Source: Verrucomicrobiota bacterium (GTDB taxonomy: Bacteria > Verrucomicrobiota > Verrucomicrobiia > JAWXBN01 > JAWXCD01). From it: 64,000 nucleotides of DNA. Positions 27,971 to 37,553 of this stretch are shown in pieces. Location: assembly GCA_034440535.1 (NCBI GenBank), contig JAWXCD010000084.1, positions 5,353 to 69,352 on the forward strand. Reading direction: 5' to 3'. The notes beneath the pieces were generated by a model. It saw only the letters and a program-made list of their open reading frames with translations, had not been told where the DNA came from and ran no database searches. Position numbers and translations under genes: made by a program. Positions within the stretch are counted from its first letter, which is position 1, and every line of letters begins with the position of its first letter.

Positions 27971-29158
27971 ATGAAAGAAACTATGAGTACGCCTGAAATC
28001 GCTCAACGAGCTAAAGTCCTAACCCCGTCCATGACCCTCGCTATTGATAGCAAAGCCAAGGCTATGAAAGCCGAAGGTTTGGAAGTGTTTGGATTCGGAG
28101 CAGGAGAACCTGATTTCGATACGCCGCAACATATCAAAGATGCTGCTATTGAAGCTCTGAAAAACGGATTTACAAAATATACGCCTTCAAGTGGTATACC
28201 TGAATTACGCACTGCGCTTTCCGAAAAGCTAAAGACTGACAATGGTCTGGACTATAAACCATCCCAGATCATCGTAAACTGCGGCGCTAAACATTCTTGC
28301 TACAACGCGATCATCGCTACTATCCAAGAAGGCGACGAGGTCATTATCCCAGCTCCCTATTGGCTCTCCTATCCTGAAATGGTCAAGCTCGCTGGTGGTG
28401 AAGCTTACATTGTTTCGACTAAGGAAAAAAACGGTTTCAAACTGACTCCTGACGAATTGCGCGAAGCTATTTCGCCTAAGAGCAAAATGGTCATCCTCAA
28501 TAGCCCAGGCAATCCCACAGGCACTGTCTATACTCGCGATGAACTGGAAGCGCTTGTCGAAGTCGCTCTCGAAGACGACCTCATTATTCTGTCTGACGAG
28601 ATTTATGAGAAACTCGTTTATGATGACGCTAAACACGTCAGCATCGCTGGGCTGAGCAAGGCTGCTTACGATAACACCATCACGATTAATGGTTTTAGCA
28701 AATCATATGCAATGACTGGCTGGCGCATCGGTTACACTGCGGCGCCTGAGTCCATTGCCAAAAGCATCGACTCTATCCAGAGCCACAGCACCTCAAACCC
28801 AACTTCATTTGCTCAAAAGGGTGCTTTTGCCGCACTTAAAGGGCCTCAAGACTTTTTGGGTCAAATGGTTCTGGAATTCAAAAAGCGCCGGCATTATATG
28901 TACGAACGCCTTATCGCTATTGAAGGCGTTTCAGTTTTTAAACCTATGGGCGCCTTTTATATGATGGTTAACATCTCCAAATTCGGCCTTACTTCCAGTG
29001 AGTTCGCTTCCCGTCTCCTTGAGAGTCAAAAGGTCGCAGTTGTTCCGGGTATCGCATTTGGTGACGATAAGTATGTTCGCCTTTCCTATGCAATCGACAT
29101 GGACACTATCCAGAATGGTCTGGAAAAGTTTGATGAGTTTATTACGGCTCAACGATAA
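27971..29158 (+). CDS. pyridoxal-phosphate aminotransferase, class I (aspartate aminotransferase-like)
   Basis: 395 aa. 'GAGEPDFDTP', 'PAPYWLSYPEM', 'NSPGNPTG', and PLP-lysine context 'NGFSKSYAMTGWRIGY'. Confidence 0.88.
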   Translation: MKETMSTPEIAQRAKVLTPSMTLAIDSKAKAMKAEGLEVFGFGAGEPDFDTPQHIKDAAIEALKNGFTKYTPSSGIPELRTALSEKLKTDNGLDYKPSQIIVNCGAKHSCYNAIIATIQEGDEVIIPAPYWLSYPEMVKLAGGEAYIVSTKEKNGFKLTPDELREAISPKSKMVILNSPGNPTGTVYTRDELEALVEVALEDDLIILSDEIYEKLVYDDAKHVSIAGLSKAAYDNTITINGFSKSYAMTGWRIGYTAAPESIAKSIDSIQSHSTSNPTSFAQKGAFAALKGPQDFLGQMVLEFKKRRHYMYERLIAIEGVSVFKPMGAFYMMVNISKFGLTSSEFASRLLESQKVAVVPGIAFGDDKYVRLSYAIDMDTIQNGLEKFDEFITAQR

Positions 29159-29180
29159 AACATCGGGAATTTAAAACTAA

Positions 29181-29210
29181 AAAGGCCTCATGAAAATGGG
29201 GCCTTTTTTT
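29181..29210 (+). terminator. intrinsic terminator after the aminotransferase gene
   Basis: AAAGGCC-12 nt-GGCCTTT stem followed by a T-run (29204-29210). Confidence 0.65.
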
Positions 29211-29270
29211 CTGCCCTCAAAAGAAGGAGTCCTGCAAATTTTCTTAAAGGACATCTCCGCAAATGCTCTG

Positions 29271-29700
29271 TTATTTCAGGCCTTGTTCAGCAGCTTGGAG
29301 AGTTCGAGTTTCCAGTTGGCGGTTAAGTTTCCGCACCTCTTCTTCCAGTGCTCGCCGGTTGGTCACATCATGACACACCAACAAGGGATTTCACAAATCC
29401 TCGCGACTCAAGAATACAATCGCCCTGACTCCTGAGGTGACGTTTACCCGCATTATCCTGAATCCCCAAGACCATATGAAAGTCGCCGAACTGATGAAGA
29501 ACAGATTGCAAGTTATTGGCAAATCCATCCCGCTGAACTTCAGAAAACTTCTTAAATAATGCGGCGGGCTCCGCTTGAGGACCTAGATCAAAAAGACGAG
29601 CAAAAGAGGCATTCCACCACAAAGTTTCATCGTTGGAATACCGCCATAATCCTACGCCGGAAGATTCAAAGTATTGGCCAATATCTTTCCCGCAACCATG
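29271..29700 (-). pseudogene. remnant of a PAS-domain sensor gene (no ATG, 1-nt frameshift, no output domain)
   Basis: Frame 1 (29700..29368) reads ...FESSGVGLWRYSNDETLWWNASFARLFDL...SLVGVS*. Frame 2 (29369..29271) continues DVTNRRALEEEVRKLNRQLETRTLQAAEQGLK*. Joined, they give the classic PAS-end 'VGVS(x)DVT.R' to coiled-coil junction. Nothing kinase-like follows. Confidence 0.5.
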
Positions 29701-29805
29701 TTATCCGGGAACAATCCACCTGTTTTTAATCCCATTCGCGTATAATGCTAAATGATTCGTTATTGTGCAACATCGGGCTGGCTGCTTAAGCATAAATTAT
29801 TATCA

Positions 29806-30915
29806 TTAATCCAATCCACGGAGCTGGTTTAATTTGCGAAGAGCTAAGCCGGAATCTAAGGACTCTTCGGCCTTCATGATAGCTTCCTCCAACGTTCCTC
29901 CTCCTGCCGCTCCAGTCACTAACAATGCGGCTGCTGCGTTTATCACTACGACATCGCGCATGGGTCCTTTCAGTTCATTCTTCAGAAGCGACTCAATAAT
30001 CTCCGCATTTGTCCGAGCATCCCCTCCTCGCAAATCCTCTAAGTGCGCTTTTTTAAACCCATACCGTTCAGGTTCAATCAGCGTCGTCTTGATTTCATTG
30101 CCGTCGACTTCAACAACTTCAGTTGGCCCCATAATGGATATTTCATCCATTCCAGCCGACTTCTCTGCATCGACGTAGCCGTGGACAAGCCAGGCCCGTT
30201 TCCGTCCTAAATGTCGTAGCACTTCAGCATATTTACGCATCATGGCACTGTCAGCTAAGCCTATCACTTGATGGGTTAATGGAGCAGGATTCAGCAATGG
30301 CCCCAGATAATTAAAAATGGTGCGTTTCCCCAAAGCCCCCAGTTCTTTTCTGAGCGGTGCGATCGCTCGAAACGCGGGGTGGTACAATGGAGCAAATAAG
30401 AAGCCTAACCCCACCTCCTCGACCTGACGCTTTAAGGTATCAGTTGTCACATCAATTTTCATTCCCATTGCTTCAAGGACGTCCGCGCCACCACAGAGAG
30501 AAGTGATGCTTCTATTCCCATGCTTGGCCACCTTGACACCAGCTCCGGCTACCACAAACATGGAGGTTGTAGAGATGTTAAACGTATGGGTCCGGTCGGC
30601 TCCTGTTCCGCATACGTCTATGAGTATTCCTCCGCACTTCTTCAAATCAATTTGGGGATTTATTGCCTTTTCTCTCAGCACTTCCACAAATATAGCCATT
30701 TCAAGGGCTGTTTCACCTTTTTCGGCTAGAAGGGATAGGAAAGCGATTTTCAAGTCGTGATCCTCCTCTTCTTGGAGTAGGAAATTCAATCCTGTTTTTA
30801 TTTCCGCTGGGGTTAAATCCTGATGTACTTTGAGTTTTTCAACCAATTCTTTCACTCCATTAATAGACCTGAACGCTGGTGTGATTGCCAATGTTAATTT
30901 TCCAAGTGAGTTCAT
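29806..30915 (-). CDS. trpD: anthranilate phosphoribosyltransferase
   Basis: 369 aa. 'DVCGTGADRTHTFNISTTSMFVVAGAGVKVAKHGNRS' and 'GPLLNPA'. Confidence 0.92.
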   Translation of the reverse strand: MNSLGKLTLAITPAFRSINGVKELVEKLKVHQDLTPAEIKTGLNFLLQEEEDHDLKIAFLSLLAEKGETALEMAIFVEVLREKAINPQIDLKKCGGILIDVCGTGADRTHTFNISTTSMFVVAGAGVKVAKHGNRSITSLCGGADVLEAMGMKIDVTTDTLKRQVEEVGLGFLFAPLYHPAFRAIAPLRKELGALGKRTIFNYLGPLLNPAPLTHQVIGLADSAMMRKYAEVLRHLGRKRAWLVHGYVDAEKSAGMDEISIMGPTEVVEVDGNEIKTTLIEPERYGFKKAHLEDLRGGDARTNAEIIESLLKNELKGPMRDVVVINAAAALLVTGAAGGGTLEEAIMKAEESLDSGLALRKLNQLRGLD

Positions 30916-30940
30916 TTTGGATTTAGGCTATACAAACACC

Positions 30941-31531
30941 ATGACATTCCGTCTTTCCATCCTCCTGACTTTAATTTTCTGCTTAATTCAGGCAGGCCTT
31001 ACGGCTGATCCCACTCCTCCGGTTTCAACGGGGGCACCTGCGAGCACCCATGCCGCGACGGGCCTCACTTTTCCTGCGGAAATCGCGGGGATGAAATTTG
31101 AGGTGGAAACAAACGATGAAGCGAAAACCCCTGGACTTGGTATCCGTTATTCATATCGGGCGGAATCAATCAAAGCAGATATTTACCTCTATACGGGGGG
31201 GCATTCCACTATTCTTGCCGGGCCTAAATCCGCCGTGATCCAACAGTACTTCGACCAAGCTGTGGGGGACGTGGAAACGATGGGGCAACTTGGTCATTTT
31301 AAGAATGTCTCAGTGAAAACCCGCGATCAAGTAACCTATGGTGTACCTTTCCTTCGCGCGATTCTCCACTACACCCAAGAAACTCCGCGTATATCTCACC
31401 TATATTTAACAGGCTACAAAAATCACGTGCTCAAGGTTCGCCTGACGCACTTAGAATCCGAATCAGCCAACGTAGACTCCCAGATAAACGCCTTCTGGGA
31501 GTTTTTAGGTTCCGCTTTAAAAGCAAAGTAA
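30941..31531 (+). CDS. secreted hypothetical protein
   Basis: ATG 30941 gives the signal peptide 'MTFRLSILLTLIFCLIQAGLTA'. The ORF-track start 30830 would overlap trpD. No recognisable motif. Confidence 0.5.
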   Translation: MTFRLSILLTLIFCLIQAGLTADPTPPVSTGAPASTHAATGLTFPAEIAGMKFEVETNDEAKTPGLGIRYSYRAESIKADIYLYTGGHSTILAGPKSAVIQQYFDQAVGDVETMGQLGHFKNVSVKTRDQVTYGVPFLRAILHYTQETPRISHLYLTGYKNHVLKVRLTHLESESANVDSQINAFWEFLGSALKAK

Positions 31532-31576
31532 GCACGTTGATTGACATCACCTTCTTGGTTGTCCACACTGCGCTCC

Positions 31577-32386
31577 ATGGCAAATCCTCTCTTTGCTCTC
31601 GCCGATTATCATATGCACACTCCTCTGTGCAAACATTGTACGGGCGCCCCTTGGGAATACGTCAAACAAGCTATCGAACGCGGTCTTGGTGAGATCGGCT
31701 TTTCAGATCATTGTCCCATGCCCGAATGGTACGACCCCGATTTCCGAATGGGCCGAAAAGATATGCCGACATACCTGCAGATTGTGCAAGACGCCCGGAA
31801 AAGGTATCCCGATTATCCTATTAAATTCGGGCTGGAGGCTGATTTTCATCCAGGGACAGAACCTTACGTCAGGCAATTGCTCACCGAATGGAAATTTGAT
31901 TACGTCCTAGGCTCGGTGCATTACCTGAATGACTGGGGGTTTGATAACCCCGAACTGGTCGATCGTTTTAATGACCGCTCTATCGAGAGCATTTGGGAAC
32001 AGTACTTTGCCACTTGGGAGGACGCCATTGTTTCCGGAATGTTTGATATCATGGCCCATCCTGATCTTGTTAAAAAATTCGGTCATCGTCCTTCGGGGCC
32101 TTTAAGACGGTTTTATGAAAAAGCGTTGTTTCAATGTATGAAACATGATGTCGCTATCGAGGTAAGCACGGCGGGATTGCGCAAACCAGTTAATGAAATC
32201 TACCCTTCGCTGGATTTCCTACAATTGGCCTTTGAATACCACATTCCGATCGTCATCTCCTCAGACGCGCATCAACCTTCCGAGGTGGGAATTAATTTTG
32301 AAGAAGCGTTAGAAATGGTCAAGCGGGTTGGTTACACCCAAGTAGCTCGTTTCGAAAATCGCAGGCGATACTTCGTGGACCTGTAA
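31577..32386 (+). CDS. histidinol-phosphatase, PHP family (HisK-type)
   Basis: 'DYHMHTPLCKH', 'GFSDHCPMP', 'LGSVHYL', 'AHPDLVKKF' and 'SSDAH' are PHP metal ligands. ATG 31577 is preferred over TTG 31541. Confidence 0.85.
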   Translation: MANPLFALADYHMHTPLCKHCTGAPWEYVKQAIERGLGEIGFSDHCPMPEWYDPDFRMGRKDMPTYLQIVQDARKRYPDYPIKFGLEADFHPGTEPYVRQLLTEWKFDYVLGSVHYLNDWGFDNPELVDRFNDRSIESIWEQYFATWEDAIVSGMFDIMAHPDLVKKFGHRPSGPLRRFYEKALFQCMKHDVAIEVSTAGLRKPVNEIYPSLDFLQLAFEYHIPIVISSDAHQPSEVGINFEEALEMVKRVGYTQVARFENRRRYFVDL

Positions 32387-32457
32387 CAAATTTTTTTGTA
32401 GGGATTTGATTTTTATTGAATTCCTTCTAAAGTATGGCGTCGAACAACTACATTTTT

Positions 32458-33054
32458 ATGAATAAAACTCCACTCCTTATCGTTTGCAGCGGCCTTTTCA
32501 TTGCTGGCTGCGCTACTTCAAACAAACCTAATGTCCGTTACGTTGACCCTCAAGCACAGGGTTCAGTTGCCGGAACGGGCATTGAATCGCAAGATTTAAT
32601 CCAAGTGACCGACAAGATGGCCCGGGCGATCTCGGCCACACCAAAAATTGCTTATGCCGACAGGGCGCCGACCATAGTGCTATTGCCAGTTGAAAACACC
32701 ACTCGATTCCCCATTGATAAAGATATATTTATTAAGCGAATTAAAGCCCAACTTGCGACAAAACTGGATGGAAAAGTCGTATTCGTGGCGAGGGACCGAA
32801 TAGAAGCCGTTCAGACCGAGCGGGAGTTAAAGGCCGATGGTAAAGTCACTTCCTCCGGTTCAAATAGAAAGATGACAGGAGCCGATTATTTTCTCACGGG
32901 TGAGTTAAGCGGACTCAGCCAAGCGAACTCGCGGGGGAATTCTGATTACGTCCTTTACACCTTCCGTCTGATCGACGCTGTCACGAGCAATCAAGTTTGG
33001 GAAGATTTTGTCGAAATAAAAAAAGAGGGTCAGGATAGCGGTGTTTACCGTTAA
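32458..33054 (+). CDS. LpoB-like (COG3417-type) lipoprotein
   Basis: Lipobox 'LFIAGCATS'. 'TIVLLPVENTTRFPIDKDIFIKRIKAQL' and 'ADYFLTGELSGL...YTFRLIDAVTSNQVWE' resemble the LpoB fold pattern. The ORF-track start is 32434. Confidence 0.55.
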   Translation: MNKTPLLIVCSGLFIAGCATSNKPNVRYVDPQAQGSVAGTGIESQDLIQVTDKMARAISATPKIAYADRAPTIVLLPVENTTRFPIDKDIFIKRIKAQLATKLDGKVVFVARDRIEAVQTERELKADGKVTSSGSNRKMTGADYFLTGELSGLSQANSRGNSDYVLYTFRLIDAVTSNQVWEDFVEIKKEGQDSGVYR

Positions 33055-33088
33055 GCCACTGAATACCCCATACGCCCACCACCACTCA

Positions 33089-34279
33089 ATGCGACTTATT
33101 TCAGCAGGAGCCTTGTGTGCAACAATTCTGCTTTCTTCGTGCGCGTCCACTTCGACAAACCCTTCTTCCAATGATTGGAAGGCCGCTCAAGCACGTGTGG
33201 CTGGAGAAGGTATACCTGAACCGTTGCGCATGTCGTACTCGGTCCTTTATGCCGACGAAGCCCGAAACCGTACGCTTAACTGGATGCGTCTCGGCACTGA
33301 GGCGCTTAAGGCCGGTCAATACAGCCACGCCAAACGTGCGTTCACTGAGTCCATTATCTTCATTGATAGTCTTCAGGCAGGTAACCGGGAAGCGGAACAA
33401 GCCAAAAGTAAATTTAAAGGTGAGGATTCAAAACCATTTAAGGGTGAGCCTTATGAACGTGTGATGGCGTATTTTTATCGGGCTCTCCTGTATTATCAGG
33501 ATGGCGAGTTTGATAACGCTATTGCGGCAGCTAAAAGTGGATTCCTTCAAGATAGTTCTAGCGAGGGTGAAAAATACCAAGCCGATTTCGTAGGATTAGA
33601 ATTCCTGACATGCCTTTCATTTCAGCAACTTGGACGTCAAAGCGATGCCGCCGATGCTTGGTCCCGAGCCCAAAAAATTAATCCTCAGTTACCTAAAGAA
33701 ATGCCCTCCATAAAATCTAATGTTTTAGTGGTGGCCAACTATGGAGACGCCCCAATCAAAGAAGGTTTCGGTGAGTACGGAGAAAAACTAAGGTTTTTCG
33801 AAGGCCATCGTACGGCTGAAGCTCTGGGTGTGCCTAAAGGTTGGGTGGCTTCCTCCGATATCTTGACTTATCAGGCAACCACACGCGGCGGTCGGAAAAT
33901 GGATCATGTTCTAGCAGGTAAAGCAGTCTTTAAAAAAGGCACTGACACAGCGGGTGATGTTTTAGTTGTTGGTGGAGCGGTTGCGGCCGTCCACGGGCTA
34001 GATAGCGGTAACGACGCCACAGCCATTGCGGGGGGCGCAGCAGTACTGGCTGGGATTATATCTAAAGCCATTTCTGCAGCCACGATTGCAAAGGCCGATA
34101 CTCGTTCATGGAACAATTTGCCAGCAGCAATCTTCCTTTCAACGGGGCCTATTCCTCCTGGGGCGAAGGGTACTGATATTGAATTCTTGAATAAAAATGA
34201 GTCTGTTGTCATCAAAGAGTCCATAAATCTTAATTCACCAAACACGAACAAACCAAATGTCATTTGGATCTGGAAATAA
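33089..34279 (+). CDS. lipoprotein with TPR-like helical region and a Gly/Ala-rich C-terminal segment
   Basis: ATG 33089 gives the lipobox 'LLSSCAST' (the ORF-track GTG 33041 overlaps the upstream gene). 'YERVMAYFYRALLYYQDGEFDNAIAAAKSG' is TPR-like. 'GGAVAAVHGL...AIAGGAAVLAGII' is a hydrophobic G/A stretch. Confidence 0.55.
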   Translation: MRLISAGALCATILLSSCASTSTNPSSNDWKAAQARVAGEGIPEPLRMSYSVLYADEARNRTLNWMRLGTEALKAGQYSHAKRAFTESIIFIDSLQAGNREAEQAKSKFKGEDSKPFKGEPYERVMAYFYRALLYYQDGEFDNAIAAAKSGFLQDSSSEGEKYQADFVGLEFLTCLSFQQLGRQSDAADAWSRAQKINPQLPKEMPSIKSNVLVVANYGDAPIKEGFGEYGEKLRFFEGHRTAEALGVPKGWVASSDILTYQATTRGGRKMDHVLAGKAVFKKGTDTAGDVLVVGGAVAAVHGLDSGNDATAIAGGAAVLAGIISKAISAATIAKADTRSWNNLPAAIFLSTGPIPPGAKGTDIEFLNKNESVVIKESINLNSPNTNKPNVIWIWK

Positions 34280-34282
34280 TAT

Positions 34283-34714
34283 ATGAAAAAATCATTACAC
34301 CTCCTTCTCTGCGCCGCTGGGATTATTGGATTAACCGCTTGCGCGACAAGCAACGATCAACCGAAGTACGTCGCACGCGGCACCAGCGCTCAAGATCGTC
34401 CTATTCGCACTATTTTCCTTGATGACAATTTGGGTGGAAGTTTGGCTGTGGATCGGGTCACGTTACAACGTGACCGCGACAATCGTCTCACCGTAAAGGC
34501 CGCCATTCGCAACTTAACGTCAAAAGATTACACTGTTCAGGCTCAAGCCATTTTCCGAAACCAGGACGGGTCTCTCGATACAACAGCATGGGAAGCGGTG
34601 ACACTCACTGACCATCAAGAAACTTATTTCACAACTAAATCAATGACCCCCCGCGTCGAAGACACTGTGACCGTTCAGTTCCGCGCTATGGCGCGCCGCG
34701 GTGCTCTGCGCTAA
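34283..34714 (+). CDS. YcfL-like (DUF1425-type) small lipoprotein
   Basis: Lipobox 'GLTACATS'. A beta-rich 'LTVKAAIRNLTSKDYTVQAQAIFRNQDG' pattern. Starts 3 nt after the preceding gene. Confidence 0.45.
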   Translation: MKKSLHLLLCAAGIIGLTACATSNDQPKYVARGTSAQDRPIRTIFLDDNLGGSLAVDRVTLQRDRDNRLTVKAAIRNLTSKDYTVQAQAIFRNQDGSLDTTAWEAVTLTDHQETYFTTKSMTPRVEDTVTVQFRAMARRGALR

Positions 34715-34747
34715 CGCTTTAGAAATAACTTCCAAAGATCCTCCCAT

Positions 34748-37501
34748 TTACTCCACAAACTCGCGGGTGAATGGGAATGTGTGACCTTTCGGCCCACCGC
34801 CTATTGGGAGATGACTAAAGCTAAGTGCTAATGTCATTATTTGGTGGGGCTTTAAGGTCAGCACTTGGTCAATTGATGTCGTTAACTCCTGGACCACTGT
34901 TTCATCCAAATTAAGCAACTGCACCGCCTGAGGTTCCTGACCCAGTTGCAGTTTTGTTTCAATTAAATCATGCGTGGGGTTTATAAGCCGAACGACAATG
35001 GAATCATTGGCAACAGCTTTTTTAACCGTCGTCACCATAATCCGCGCGTCACTCAAGGTCACCAAACTCCAGTGAGGATTCCTTAACCCTGCTAAAGCCT
35101 TAGTTGGAAAAATCTCCGAATAGATCGGCACATTAAATTCATCAGCTTCCCTAAAAATACCGGCAGAAATCCAGTCGCCTTGGTGCATGACCAATGCGTA
35201 TTCGTGGCTGTACTCACCCCTGCCGAAAGTGTCGATGTCCGCGCCTTCCATCCCCCACAGAGGACCAAAAACAGCCTGAGTGGCCCTGAGCAAGGTAATG
35301 CCAATTTCTTTTCGTGGCCCGTTTTGAACATGATACTCGGCGGCGGTTCGATTCAGTATGGCCACACCTGATTTTTTATCTGATACATCTACAAACGATT
35401 TAAGATTCCAACATCCGCTGTGATAAATCTGGTCTGCTGGCAAAGCTATAGCGCGTTCTGTGACATCAAATGCTGACTCCGCACAATGAGAAGTTGCATT
35501 GTGTAAATCCGTGGGGAACATCACTCGCAGGCGATGATCGTCCACCTGAGATTCGATAGTGGTTTTAAATTCCAACCGCCTAGACCCTGAGCTCAACGAA
35601 ATAAGAGTCGTTATTTTAATTGCGGATGTATGAACGGATCGCGAATCGCCATCCAGGCACACAGGGACCGGCAGTTCCATTTCGACCTTGTAACACGCGA
35701 AAACAGGGCCATTCACGAGCAAAGTAATCCTTGCTGGGATTCCAATGCTTCGAACCAACACATCCCGTTTTGGTTCCAGATAGTCGTAACTCTGCCCGGC
35801 ATCGCCCCCATCCTCAAAATAATGAGTTCCTAAAATCGAGCGCCCGGAAATCTTATCGGTTACATCTAGCGTACCGTCGTTTTTAAATACGGCCCGAATA
35901 AGGTCATTTTCAAGGACGTGAGGCTCATGAGAAATGAGTGACTCTTTAAGAGGCCGTGGGTCCATGGGTGGAGCACCAATCCCCTTGGGCGCGTCTATAG
36001 GCGCATATTGCCATGCAAGGACTTCGTGGCCCAAAGGGGGAAGATTCAGATTTTCAAGGACGATGTCAAACTCCACGGCTTTGCGTTGGTCCGGTAAATG
36101 AAGCGGTGCGGTACGCCGTTTAACCCCATCTCGACGTCGGATCACTTGATAACGAACCTTGACACCTTGCGAATCAACCAGACGGAATGGCTCAAAGGTT
36201 CGGGATTCGTCTGAGGAACCTATTCTGTTTGGAGGCTCCACGTGCCCTACGAACTGGGTTGTCGGGTAAAGTATCGTTAAACGCAAGCTCCCAGAACGCG
36301 CTTGGATAGAGGGGTTGAAAAGGACAACAGCCTTCTCGCTCACAGGTAAAAGCGAACCATTGATTCCGCGAACTGTGTTTTGCAGACCCTTCAAAATCAG
36401 GTTTCTTGCAATATCATCAGAGGCATCAAAACGCGCCATCATGTCTTTGTGGACCTGGTTAATTGAGCATCCGCAAATGGAATCATGGGGGTGGTTTTGG
36501 AGAAGTGAACGCCAAGCTTTCCAGAGGAAATCTTCATCGTACGTTCCCCCGTTTATCCAACCGAAAACCGAAATAGGCTCCGCCCCACGTTCAAGGAAAA
36601 CCTGCGAGCGGTAGTTGCGCGCTTTAATTTCGACATGCGCACTGAAGGTTCCTTGCACCAAAGTCGCTTCCTTTTCTTCGCGAAGTTCACCTTTATATAC
36701 CTTCAAATCGGACGGGAGATTTTCCCGAACGCTATTGATAAATTCAAGGAGAGTACTGTGCCTCACTTCGAGCTCACCGTTTAGTGCTTGGTTAATGTCT
36801 TTAAAAATACGGCTCAGATAAGGTCTTGCAAACAGATGGTCACACCCGTCCATGCCAAGATAATGGGGCACACTCGCAAATTGACCCATTTGTGCAGAAA
36901 TTTGTTTAGCGTAAGTGACTGCCTTTTCAGAATCGTCCGGAAAACTATAAGCGCTGTTGTACCAGCACGCCATCAGATGAGTGAAGACCTTTGATCCATC
37001 GGCGCCTTCCCAAATAAATTCGCTTTTTCCATTAAGACTAGAGGGAGTCACACCACGACCAAGGACGGCGTTATCGAGGCCGAATCCATTGAGAATTTGC
37101 GGTATTTGAGAATGGTGCCCAAAGTTGTCTGCCACATAGCCAACTTGCATGGGTTCAACTCCAAATTCCCGGCAAATCTTGTGGCCAAGAAGTAGGTTTC
37201 GTATGATCGCTTCGCCGCTGACAAGCCATTGATCGTTCAACAGATAAAAAGGCCCAATGATTAAACGGCCTGATTGAATATGCTTTTGGAGTCGCGCACG
37301 GTTACCGGGTCGGATTTCAAGGTAATCTTCGATCACAACTGTTTGAGCATCGAGATGGAAAGCCCGGAAATCTGGATCACTTTCGAGTAGGTCCATGGTA
37401 CGATCAATGTTATCAACTAACATCATCCGATAAGATTGGAACGGTAGATACCACTCACGATCCCAATGGGTATGGGACACAACATGCAAGACAGGGGTCA
37501 T
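34748..37501 (-). CDS. glycoside hydrolase family 38 alpha-mannosidase (no signal peptide)
   Basis: 917 aa. N-terminal 'HVVSHTHWDREWYLPF' and 'NHPHDSICGCS' are GH38 hallmarks. Confidence 0.88.
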   Translation of the reverse strand: MTPVLHVVSHTHWDREWYLPFQSYRMMLVDNIDRTMDLLESDPDFRAFHLDAQTVVIEDYLEIRPGNRARLQKHIQSGRLIIGPFYLLNDQWLVSGEAIIRNLLLGHKICREFGVEPMQVGYVADNFGHHSQIPQILNGFGLDNAVLGRGVTPSSLNGKSEFIWEGADGSKVFTHLMACWYNSAYSFPDDSEKAVTYAKQISAQMGQFASVPHYLGMDGCDHLFARPYLSRIFKDINQALNGELEVRHSTLLEFINSVRENLPSDLKVYKGELREEKEATLVQGTFSAHVEIKARNYRSQVFLERGAEPISVFGWINGGTYDEDFLWKAWRSLLQNHPHDSICGCSINQVHKDMMARFDASDDIARNLILKGLQNTVRGINGSLLPVSEKAVVLFNPSIQARSGSLRLTILYPTTQFVGHVEPPNRIGSSDESRTFEPFRLVDSQGVKVRYQVIRRRDGVKRRTAPLHLPDQRKAVEFDIVLENLNLPPLGHEVLAWQYAPIDAPKGIGAPPMDPRPLKESLISHEPHVLENDLIRAVFKNDGTLDVTDKISGRSILGTHYFEDGGDAGQSYDYLEPKRDVLVRSIGIPARITLLVNGPVFACYKVEMELPVPVCLDGDSRSVHTSAIKITTLISLSSGSRRLEFKTTIESQVDDHRLRVMFPTDLHNATSHCAESAFDVTERAIALPADQIYHSGCWNLKSFVDVSDKKSGVAILNRTAAEYHVQNGPRKEIGITLLRATQAVFGPLWGMEGADIDTFGRGEYSHEYALVMHQGDWISAGIFREADEFNVPIYSEIFPTKALAGLRNPHWSLVTLSDARIMVTTVKKAVANDSIVVRLINPTHDLIETKLQLGQEPQAVQLLNLDETVVQELTTSIDQVLTLKPHQIMTLALSFSHLPIGGGPKGHTFPFTREFVE

Positions 37502-37553
37502 TCCGTGGTCATAAGGATAAAACAGAGAATGGCAATCAGGTTTTGAAATATGC

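Noticed and set aside
29190-29435. The 81-aa ORF starting inside the aminotransferase terminator
   Set aside because: Its ATG lies in the terminator loop, and it runs antisense to the PAS-remnant frames. It is most likely spurious.
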